From contig LSRY02000032.1 in assembly GCA_001643675.2 (NCBI GenBank), positions 186,001 to 250,000 of the forward strand: a stretch of DNA of 64,000 nucleotides. The letters run 5' to 3'. The notes under the pieces were generated by a model, which was not told the origin of the DNA, did no database searches, and saw only the letters and a program-made list of their open reading frames with translations. Shown piece after piece: positions 53,986 to 64,000 of the stretch. A program made the position numbers and the translations under genes. The stretch comes from Monocercomonoides exilis PA203 (Eukaryota > Protista > Preaxostyla). Each line of letters starts with the position of its first letter. The first letter of the stretch is position 1.

Positions 53986-54087
53986 TTTCTTTCTTTCTTT
54001 TTCTTTCTTTCTCTTTCTTTCTTTCTTTTTTTCTTTCTTTCTTTCTTTCTTTTTTTCTTTCTTTCTTTATTTCTTTCTTTCTTTATT

Positions 54088-54123
<36 letters not shown>

Positions 54124-54232
54124 TATTTCTTTCTTTCTTTATTTCTTTATTTCTTTCTTTATTTCTTTCTTTATTTCTTCCTTTCTTTCTTTCTTTTTCT
54201 TTCTTTCTCTTTCTTTCTTTTTTTTTTTTTTT
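53256..54232. repeat. (TTTC)n satellite of about 1 kb with a 270-bp higher-order period
   Basis: The same variant pattern recurs at 53341, 53611 and 53881; near-pure pyrimidine strand. Confidence 0.93.
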
Positions 54233-54250
54233 TCATTTTTTATTTATTTA

Positions 54251-54430
54251 GGACGAAATATTTTGCTTTAAGTATTTTGTTCAACACATTGCTTCAAAGA
54301 TTTTTCTCAATTTTAGAATTTTTCTATATTATTTTGCATGTGATAAAATTTTTGTGATGATATGATTGCAGAAAAAGTTTTGAACAAATCTCTGTTTTTT
54401 TCAAAATGCCAAAATTTTCGCTCCATTTGA
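54251..54430 (-). repeat. Dispersed ~200-bp non-coding element, copy 3, upstream of the giant receptor
   Basis: Reverse complement contains CAGAGATTTGTTCAAAACTTTTTCTGCAATCA and AATTCTAAAATTGAGAAAAATCTT, matching copies 1 and 2. Confidence 0.7.
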
Positions 54431-54480
54431 ACAAATAATTTCATTGGAAATATAAGTCAGAGGGGAACAATAAATTTTAT

Positions 54481-54600
54481 CATTAGATGAAATTTGAATA
54501 GACTTCTTCAATTCAAATAAACTCATTTTATTCAAATGAAATTTGTTTATTTTAAATGAAGTTGGTATATTTTAAATGAAGATAATTTATTCAAATTAAC
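54481..54600 (-). repeat. Degenerate ~20-bp-period TTCAAAT/TTTGAAT element; inverted copy at 58600-58735
   Basis: The 17-mer at 54484-54500 is the reverse complement of 58715-58731, with collinear flanks. Confidence 0.6.
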
Positions 54601-55386
54601 GCTGAAATCCATCTTGAAAGGTATTTAAAAAAATTATGTTTTATCTTTCTAAATAACTAATTGATACATTTGGTGTTGTTTTTAAAAGAATAAATAATAC
54701 AATTTTTTTTAACAATTTTTATTTTTTTGTTTTTAATTGGAAATGTTACTAAATTCCACCAAAATGTGCTTCAAAGGCAAAAAAAAAAAGAAAAGAAAAA
54801 TTTTGAGAGTTTAAGGTTTATTTCACTAATATTTGTATGTTTATTTTGGAAAAAACACAGATGATACGATTTTCATTAGGATAAAAATGTTGAGAGGAAA
54901 AGTGAAATGCTCCGAACAGTTTCATTTTATGAAATACAAATAACTGCAAAAGTGTACGAAATGAAGCGTGTAAGTTGACAAACATGATTTTCTTTTTTCT
55001 TCTTCCTCTCCTTCCAACTCTTTTTCATCCCATATTATCTCCTCCCAGATGCAAATCCCCAAATCCCTGCCTCCTTCTCCGTCTCTGATTCTTTTTTCTC
55101 CTCTTTCATCTCTCTTCACAATTCCTTCCTTTTTTCTCCTTCCCCTCTCCATATCCATCGCCGTTCTCATCCCCACCTCCAAATTCACCTCAATCTCCAT
55201 CTCTCAAACACCCTCTTCTCCAACATCTCATCTCCCCAATCCCATCTATCTCTTCCATCCCATCCTTCATATCCACTCAATCCATTCACCTCAACCATTT
55301 CTTCCTCTTCTTCCACTTCCACCAACTCCAATTCAATCCCCTCATTCTCCCTTCACTCATCCCTCTCCATCCACTCAACCAATTAT

Positions 55387-55875
55387 TCATTTTCAGAAAA
55401 CAGAGTAGAAAGTTGTTCGATCACAAATTGGTGCGGAACTGGATGGTATTTCTGTATTGGTGCTTTTCCATCAAACGGACAATTCCTGTTCACAACATGC
55501 AAGTGTATTTCAAATTCTGGTGGTGATGCTGCTGGTTCTTTAACATTTCATTACCCTCCAAGCAACAAACCAAGTCAGTTTTTGGTAAATGATTGTCAGT
55601 TTATAAACAACAAAGTCGAAAATCCAACCACCTACGGTGGTGCTGCGCTGTGCTGCACAAACACCTTCACTTGGATGAGTGGAGTAAAATTCATCATATT
55701 TTGTTTCTTCGATGGAAATATTGCAACTAATGGCAGAGGGAATGATGTGTTTTTCAATGGCAGCAGCATTACTCAATCTCCTTTCCAGCAATGTGGCTCA
55801 ACAACTCCAACGAAAAGAGCGTGGAACAACAATACAGCTTATAATGCTGAGTGCAACAGTTGGCCTCCAATCATC
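55387..55875 (+). pseudogene. Fragment of the beta-helix N-terminal domain, paralogous to 23790-24278
   Basis: Collinear nucleotide similarity (e.g. TTGGTGCTTTTCCATCAAA, CCTCCAAGCAACAAACCAAGTCA, AATGATGTGTTTTTCAATGG) ending at CCAATCATC in both. Confidence 0.85.
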
Positions 55876-56014
55876 TTATCTCCTTTTTTTCAAATGAAAA
55901 TTCATGAGAAATTTCATCTCTTCATTCTCTTCATTCTCTTCCTCACCCTCTCTTCCTATTCCTTCCGCATCGACTATGTTTGTGAAAATATACCTTTTTA
56001 ATGTGAAGCTGAAG

Positions 56015-58330
56015 CTACAGCTTCCGTGTCCACTTCTCCAAAACCTCATGTATTATTTCCTCTTTCTGCTTTTGTTCTTTATATTTCAAAAAAATAAACT
56101 TCATGTCTCCATCAACTTTCTCTTCTTCCTCCTCCTCCTCTTCCTTCTCAATATCAATCGAACTTCTCTCTATCTCTGACTCCTCAAATATCGCCAAATC
56201 ATTCTTCGATATTTGCATTTGTTCCTCATCTTTCTTTTCTCCATCTGAACTTCCATCTAAAGTTATGTCCAAAGACCCATCTGCTGATTCTTCTTCTGCT
56301 CTCCTGTTCTCCTGTTGGACGTTATCGGATGGAGAAGAACTGCATCCTTCACTTTCTGTAAATTACTGTTAGTCTGTCTCTTCATGTGTCTCCGCCTTCA
56401 CAAACCTCAGCCCACTCATCCCAAGCGCCTCCACAACCATCTGCGCAATCGCCTCTTCCAGCTTCCCCTGGTTCTCTTTGATTCTCTCCACAAACTCTCT
56501 GTGCGCTGCCGGATACCCACCTTTCACTTCATTCCCATCACCTCCCTTTCTCCCTCCCTTTTCTTCTCCCTCTTTGTCTCCCTCTTTGCATCCCCTTTCT
56601 CCTTCCTCTGCCTCTTCCCGCTCCTCCAGCACCGCCAGCGTAATCGCTGCTGGAAACAACCAAATTCTCCATCCTCAGCCTCGCCGCCTCCAGCACCTTC
56701 TCCACAATCTCTCCTTCTTCACACACTGCAACCCCTCGCCCCATCACCTCGTCGTCCAGCTTCACCTCCATACGCCTCGACTTCGGCGATCACCATATCT
56801 GCAGTGAAGGGTCAAACAGATTGTAGATTGACGGGAACGCATTCACATCCGCCTCCACAAATACCTTCATGTTCCCCGACTTCGTGCCCACTAACGCAAC
56901 AAGCAACTGAAGCGGTTCCACCAGCGGAACAGAAAGCATTGCCAAAAGCATCATATCGTAGGCACACAGAACAACCCCATACAGCATCGCCCGCCGCTCC
57001 ACTTCATATCCCAGCAGCGTCCGCAGCGCAAGCCGCGACAGCGGCATGTGCCGCGCATCACCCCAGCTATCTCAGGCACAACAATCCGCAGCCGCCTCTC
57101 GATGTCGTCCATCACTGCCACCTACGTGTTTGACTCCATCACCACAGAGGCATCCGAAGAGTCAATCACAGGCGCTGATGGTGATTGATCATCTTCTGCA
57201 GCCTTCTTCTCTTCGATTATCTGCCTCGAGTATGGTGAATCAAATTGGCATTCTGCTCCAAATCGGATTGATGAAACAGATGAAGAAAGCGGAACTTGAT
57301 CTGGAAGAAGAAAAAGAGGAAGAAGAAGAATGAAGAGACGATGAAAATTAACCTTTGCTTTCTACGGCACATGAGAAGCAGTATTTCATTGAAGGTGAAA
57401 GAATGTGTTTTCGAGTGTTTCTGCGTTGAATCCCCACCAGCGATAAGTGAGGGCGAGAAGGCAGGAACAGATCATTGCAGTTCGAAGGATATGAAGAAGA
57501 AAAAGAAGAAAAAGAAGAAGTTATTGATGAAATTATTTGATATTTGGAATAATGAAGGTTATCGACAACAAATACAAAGACTCTCGTAAAAACACATGTG
57601 AATCTGAATTATTCTTCTTTGGTTGCATATTCTTCTGGCAAGCAGTTTCCACTGAATCCTTCAAACATCCAACTTGCCCATTCACCTCTTGTCAACAAAA
57701 AATAGGTAACAATGGGCAATTCATTTCTGTTTCTTCATTTCCTCATTTCCTCTTTAAATTCCTTTTCTTAGATAAAAAATATCTTTCAACTTAAGCATTC
57801 CCTCAACCAGAATAAATATTTGAAGTTTTGTGAATCATGAACACTCTCAATTTTCGTATTTCCACTTTTTCTCACCAGTCTTTCTTTCTTTAAAAAAAAC
57901 CCTTTCCTCACTATTCTTCATCTTGCTGAAAACTGATTTCTTCTTCTTCAAAGCAATTCGATTTATTTCTGTTCTGTTGTTCGTTGTTTTTTTCCGCATT
58001 TTCATTTCATCACCATGTACTAATTTTTGAATATTCATATGATAAAATAACAATCCATCCATCACAGTTCAACAAAAACAAACATTCAACACAAACCTAA
58101 TGCATTTTTTCTCGTTCGTATCTGCATATTTAAAGATCAGTGCAACATCAATGCGCCAAGAAGACACAATTGAACTATAAATCTTTATTTCACCTTCCAT
58201 CAACAATATGCGTATAAAAGTTGTGAACTTCCTCTCTAAAAGAACTTGTGTGCTCCTAGAATTTCTCTTTCATAAGATCTGTTGTCTTGTAAACCAAATT
58301 TCGAACATCTGAATTCTATAAATTCCATAT
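56015..58330 (-). pseudogene. Decayed acidic/lysine-rich gene of unknown family
   Basis: Chain of short same-strand ORFs (56015-56272, 56369-56659, 56538-56771, 56790-57047) broken by stops and frameshifts. Confidence 0.4.
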
Positions 58331-58599
58331 TTTTTTTTATATAATAGTTTTCACTCAACAAACTCACTCAGAGAAACATTGAAAATTGCTTTTGATTAAT
58401 GTATTTTAAAGTTTATGTGTTTGGAATTTCCTTTAATTGCATCCAAACTAATGTGTTCATTTATTTGAATTTCAGAAAAATGAAATCATAATTTCACTTT
58501 TACACAAGAGAGAAAAATACATATAAATAATTTTTATCAAACATTCAAATTATAATGTTCATTATTCTGTTCTTTTTAAAATCATAACAAAACAGAAAC

Positions 58600-58735
58600 T
58601 CAAATGAAGTTGGGAATTTCTAAATGAAGTGAGCTTATTTGAATAAAGAAAGTTTTATTCAAATAAAGTTATGTTTTATTCGAATAAAATGAAGTTATTT
58701 AAATAGAAAATTTTTATTCAAATTTCATCTATTGA
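58600..58735 (+). repeat. Inverted partner of 54481-54600, upstream of the second giant gene
   Basis: GAATAAAATGAAGTTATTTAAATAGAAAATTTTTATTCAAATTTCATCTA matches the reverse complement of 54484-54533. Confidence 0.6.
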
Positions 58736-59621
58736 AATAATACTTTTTAGAATTTTCCATGTAAGCCTTATATGATAGTTTATATGCAACAATCAAAATG
58801 AAACAAACAAGCATTGTCTGAATGATAATCTGTATAATCCTTTTTCACATTACACTTTCTTTCGAGTTTTGAACAACTTTTTTTTCCAATGGAATTTGGA
58901 AAAAATAAACTGAAATATGGAACACTTATAGTTTATGACATGGCAATTGCAAGAACAAATTTTAGATAAAAACTTTGACGAAAATGTGATTCTTAAAAAG
59001 GATCGGACTTCTTTCGATTTTTTCTCTCACAATTTTCTTTTAAATCATTCAAAGATTGTTTAAGAGAAAAAATTAAAAAAAAAAAATATAAAGTTTATAT
59101 AATTGTGAGTTTTGTTTTTGAAAATGAGAAACTGAATGAAACAATTTAACCAACACAATTATTTTTTGAAAGAGCATTTCAAAAACAAAATCCAAGGATT
59201 TTTAACACATATGCGAATTGTTGCGAGAAAAAAAATGTTTCTGTTAAGCATTTGAAACAAAAATTAAAAATCAAATCATGATCACAACTTTTAATCATTT
59301 GCTGAGGACTTTTCTAGTTTGATATAAAAATTTAAAAAGAATAATAAAGCAATTCACAAAAATTGTTTCATTTTATCTATTAATTTATGTTGAATCTGAA
59401 CAAAATTAACAGAAAAAACTCATGATCAAAAATTTCCATCCAAATAAAAAATTAATTTTTTCAACAATTTTATATTTGGTTTATCTAAAAAGGAAGTATA
59501 TGGAAATAAAAAACAATTCCTTTTAAATGGAAATAACAACTGTTGAGTTTTTTGATAAAGATCAATCATTAACCATTAACCTTCAGATCTCTAGCATTTG
59601 AATAATACTCATTGCTCTTGC

Positions 59622-62600
59622 ATGTTGACACTCAAAAATGCCATCATCATCGTCTTGCTTTTCCACCTTCAACAGTCTTACAGATCACAACACACGTCCA
59701 CTTACAAAAATTCAAATAAAAACAACAATCTTCCGGATAAAAACCAGAGTATACCCAACTTTTATGAAGAAACTTCAATGAAAAAGAAGAGTGAATGCAT
59801 TAAATCATTCACAAAATGTGCGACGCCAAGTATTGCTGAAAACACCAATAAGTACCAGAATGCTTCAAAACAAATAAAAAGCAACAAAAAAGGCACATGC
59901 TCAGAAGTTCATTTGTCTGGCAAAGAAAAAGAAATGTCGCACTTCGCTCGACTGAAAAATGGAGAAATTTCATTCCCAAAACCATTCAAGCTGGAGCATA
60001 CAACAATAAGGAATTACGCAAGAGTACTCAATTCCAGCTGCGGTTTTCTGAATGGTTTATTGAAAGCTTACACTACCAACAACAGCGTCATTCATGTTGA
60101 ATCTGGAAGTGCTATAATCAAAAATTGTCGCGTCGTTTTCGATCGGCATTCTCCTGCACATATTGCTTTGTTGATGAATGGTAATGTTTCGCTCATCAAT
60201 ATCTCTGTTCAACACATTCAATACTCTCCAAATTTCACTTCAGTCGCTGCTTGTCCAAAGATTATTTCGCACAAATCGCATTGTTCACTCACAATTATAT
60301 CATCAATTTTTGAGTCATATTGCTCCATTTGCAGCACTCCCTTTGTAGCATCAACTGGAATATATGAAATATCGTTGGTCAATTCACTGTTTGTGAATAT
60401 CACTCACAGTACAATATTGAATGATGTGTATGTGAATGATACAGGTCATACGCAATCCGTTGTTGAAGGATGCATAATTCAGTGTGTCGATTCACCTTTC
60501 AATGGCGGATTATTTAATGCATTGAATTCTTTTGAATTCAATCATTTCTCATCGAACACATCGTATGTGCGTTGCTTGAGAAAAGACAATCTTGATCCAT
60601 TCATAAAAAATGATTCAATGTTAAATCAAAATATCTCTTCAGGAGATGCAACATATATCGATTGCATTTTTCAGACACTTCAACACAATGAAGGCTCCAA
60701 TGGAAATGGAGGTGCCATTTTATTCACTTCTTCAGGATTATTAACAGTTTGTAAATGTTCATTCAACGATTGCTACTCATCATATTGTGGAGGTGCTATT
60801 TCTTTCAGAGTCGGAGGAAAAAATTTGAACTTGACATCAACAAGTTTCAATCAATGTGTCGCAAACGCATCTGGTGGAGCAGTTGATTTGTACTACGTTT
60901 ATTCTTTTTCTATTAAACTCTCGAATTCAACAGGCTGCACAACTAATCATGTTGGTGGGAGTTTAATGGTTTACGAAAGTGACACCCAAGGGATTATCGA
61001 TTCTTGCAATTTTAAAAATTGTCAAAAGAAAACGCAAGAATATTTAGGAGGAAGCATTGGCTTTCACAAAATGGGATGGGCAGTTGTTACTGATTGTATG
61101 CTTTGTAATTGTACAAGCGAGCAATGCGGAGGAGGTATATGTTGGGACATAGTCCCAGGGACACATCCTTCAAAGGTACTTTATTGTTTTTTTGCAAACA
61201 ACTCTGCTGAAAACAAAGGACATGATGTGTTCATCAATGATGGCTGGACTGCTATCAATGAGAATACCTTTGTTTTATGCCGTTCAACAACTGCTACACA
61301 AAAAAATAGAGTAGTGAAGGCTTCACAACAGCACAACAACTGGATTCCAACAATCGTCTTCCATCCCATTCTTGTTCACGGATCATTAGGCTTGGATCAC
61401 GAGGCATGTGGATCATCTGACACTTCGGATGAACCAGGAAGAAGATGCAAAACAGTTGGCTTTGCTGTGAGCGTAACTGTTCCAGAGATACAGATGCTCA
61501 CAATTGCTGTCGAGGAATGTAATTGCACTGAAACATCCATTTCAGTATGTTCACTAAGTGTGTCTGTGGAAGGGATAGGAATTAGAAAATCGAGGCTGCT
61601 TGCAAACTCTCAAAACGGCATGGCTCTGGTGGAGATAACATCAGGAAAAGGACACTTCAAGGCGCTCACATTTGAAAGGAATGCAAGTGTATCATTGTTG
61701 TCTGAAGTGTTTGCTGTTAAAGAGGAGCAAGGATGGCTGGAAGTTGTAGAATGTTTGATCACTTCAACAGAAGAATCGTACACGGCCGTTTTCAGCTCGT
61801 CTGTCCTGAATGTTAAAGCTGGAACCGTTCTGTTTGATTCTGTGGAAATAGGCCCCACATTATTGTCAGATGTTGCTGTGGTAACAATATCTGCAGAGAA
61901 AATCGTAAATGTAGCCTTTACCGCAACCACAATGAAGAATATCAAGAGGCAAATTGGAAATGGATGTGGTGTTGAGTGCATCTTGTCAAGTGGATCAAGT
62001 TTTGTGATTACAGATGGAATATTTCAGAACTGCTCCGTTGATGCAGACAGCGCAAGTGGTGGAGGGGTGTGCATCCGTTTGAAAGAACAATGTGAATTTG
62101 TGGTGAATGGTTCAGCAGCATTTGAAACATGTTGTGCTCCTGATGCAGATGTGCAAAGCGGGAAAGGCGGAGGATTGATGATGTGTGTTGAAGAATTCGA
62201 TGCAACGTTTGAAGTTGCGGGCGGTGTATGCTTTTCCAATGAGAGGCCAAACAGAGCAGCATCTGGCAAAGATATGTTTGTGCAGTGTGGAAGAGAGATA
62301 TCGCTCCATAAAATTGTCAGCAAAAACATATTAGGATTTGTTGATGAATTGCAGTGCTTCGAGGATCCATCCAGACTGTGTGGATCAGAAAATGCAAGTG
62401 AAAATCCCATTATCCCACTTGATATCTTTATCTGTCCGTTAACAAGTACAATACATGCAGATGGAGAAAAGGGCACTGATCATCCCCATTGTGGAGCACA
62501 TGCGTTTGCTTGCTCAACAATCTCATATTGTGTTGCAAACAGAATCTCTCCTCTTTTGAGCACTGTCTTGATTGAAACGAGTTCGTCAATTGGTAATGAG

Positions 62601-64000
62601 ATGGAGATTGCTTCATGCTCATTCACTCTGTCTTCTTCCTCAACTGAACAAAAGAATATCATAGTGGCAGACGAAGGTGAATGTCTCTCAAATGTACTTG
62701 TGTCATCCACTGTTGGCTGGTCAGTCTTGCAAATTTACTTTTCCCTTCCAACGACGATGAAGGCAGAACGGAAAGGATTCATCAGCTCATCGAGCTCGCT
62801 TTTGATTGAGGATTGTGAAATTGCATTCACGGACAATCCGCAACATCCAATTTCCTTTTTCATTCTTTTCATTTCAGATGGCATCACAAGACTTAACAGA
62901 TTCAAAATGATCACAAAACTGAAGTTTGGCTCTTCAACACCAATAGTGATGCAAAATGGCCATACGTTTGTGGTTAACAGCAGCACTGTTTCAGGAATTT
63001 CACGGATCGACGGAGATGGAGGGTGCATTAGAATTGAGGAACAAAGTGATAGCAACAGCGCTGTGCAATTGTTAAACAGCTCATTTTCTTCTTGTTGCAC
63101 TCGAGAGAGCCACCCTAAAGGCGGAGGGATGTACGTTTGGCTGGAAAGCAGCAGAGAGTTGACAATGTCAGACGTAGAGTTCAACAAGTGTTCAGCAACA
63201 AAAAATGGAGAAGAAGAGACTGAAGAGAATGGATTGGGCGGCGGAATTTTTATTGAAGAAGGGAACTATCTCATGCAATTTGAACTTCAGAATATGATTT
63301 TTGACGGATGCAACGCTTGGAAAGGCAAGAGAGTGTTTATTGCAGGAACAATGCTTGATGTTGTGGTTGATAGCATCCATTTCAATTGGAGCATGAGTAA
63401 GACTGAGATGGAGGAATTGGATGAACTGAATGGTTGGGAAAGAGCAACATCCAACGAGAAATACATAATCCCTCTTGTTGTGTATTTCTGGACCAACTTT
63501 TCTGGTAACGGATTCGTTAACGGTGCATCAGGAGCTGATTTCAGTGGATGCGGATTTGATGTTGCACCCTGTAAAACAATTGACAAAATCATAAAATTGC
63601 GATTCTCACAGGAGAAGATATCATCTCAATTAAATATCACTGTATCTTCCAACTCATCAATCTCATCATTCATCCAACTGATACAAAAATCATCAACATC
63701 TGATGCTTGCCTGAATGTTTCTGGAATCAATCAAAGCGATACAACTGTTTATGTGAATGATCCAGCAACTGAAAGCGTGCAGACATCACTTGTTGCATCG
63801 CGCATCCAGTTGCACCTCCACAACCTGGATTTCTCTCTTCCATGCTCCTTTGCTTATTGAGACACTTTTCTTGAGTCTGCTTCATCTTCAGCTTTCCTGA
63901 CTGTATGTCAGTGTTCTTTCCAATGTCAAATACAATCAATCTCAATGAATTTCGCAATTATGAGAATCGCTGGTGGAAATACAGAAATAGCTGATTGTCT
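59622..64000 (+). CDS. Second giant beta-helix surface protein paralog; in-frame TGA at 63858-63860 but coding continues to the window edge
   Basis: Hydrophobic N-terminus; GGAI repeats; caps DHEACG..RCKT, DHPHCG..ACST, DFSGCG..PCKT; LDELNGWER.T..YIIPLVVYFWTNF matches the other paralog. After the TGA, DTFLESASSSAFLTVCQCSF...IAGG stays in frame. Confidence 0.8.

Noticed and set aside
53063-54271. 402-aa Phe/Leu/Ser ORF
   Set aside because: Translation of the (TTTC)n satellite
54481-54600. CRISPR-like periodic array
   Set aside because: Degenerate AT-rich units without unique spacers, eukaryotic context, no cas genes

Overview
Eukaryotic genomic DNA: AT-rich intergenic regions, short spliceosomal introns, poly-Ser/poly-Glu low-complexity coding and the standard genetic code. 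Gene families and style point to the oxymonad Monocercomonoides or a close metamonad relative (recognition, not a database result). Intact genes: a NEK-like pseudokinase (runs off the left edge), TTLL9-like tubulin glutamylase head-to-head with a TTC7/Ypp1-like TPR protein, a PHO80/P-type cyclin, a lineage-specific helical-repeat protein, a myristoylated C2 protein, an intronless vWA protein resembling baculovirus/bracovirus P94, ISY1 head-to-head with SAC1, and an RNF5/RMA1-like RING ligase. The dominant accessory system is a family of giant Cys-rich tandem beta-helix surface proteins. One copy has a TM segment and a C-lobe-only pseudokinase tail. The window holds two divergently oriented large copies and at least four decayed fragments (two ectodomain, two pseudokinase tail). 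Associated non-coding structure includes shared dispersed elements and a 270-bp-period (TTTC)n satellite just upstream of one copy. Also present: a perfect 34-bp palindrome, TGACG clusters, GC-AG introns with a GCATGC donor, and a probable DIRS-type RT/RNase H relic. No rRNA, tRNA or CRISPR array could be supported.
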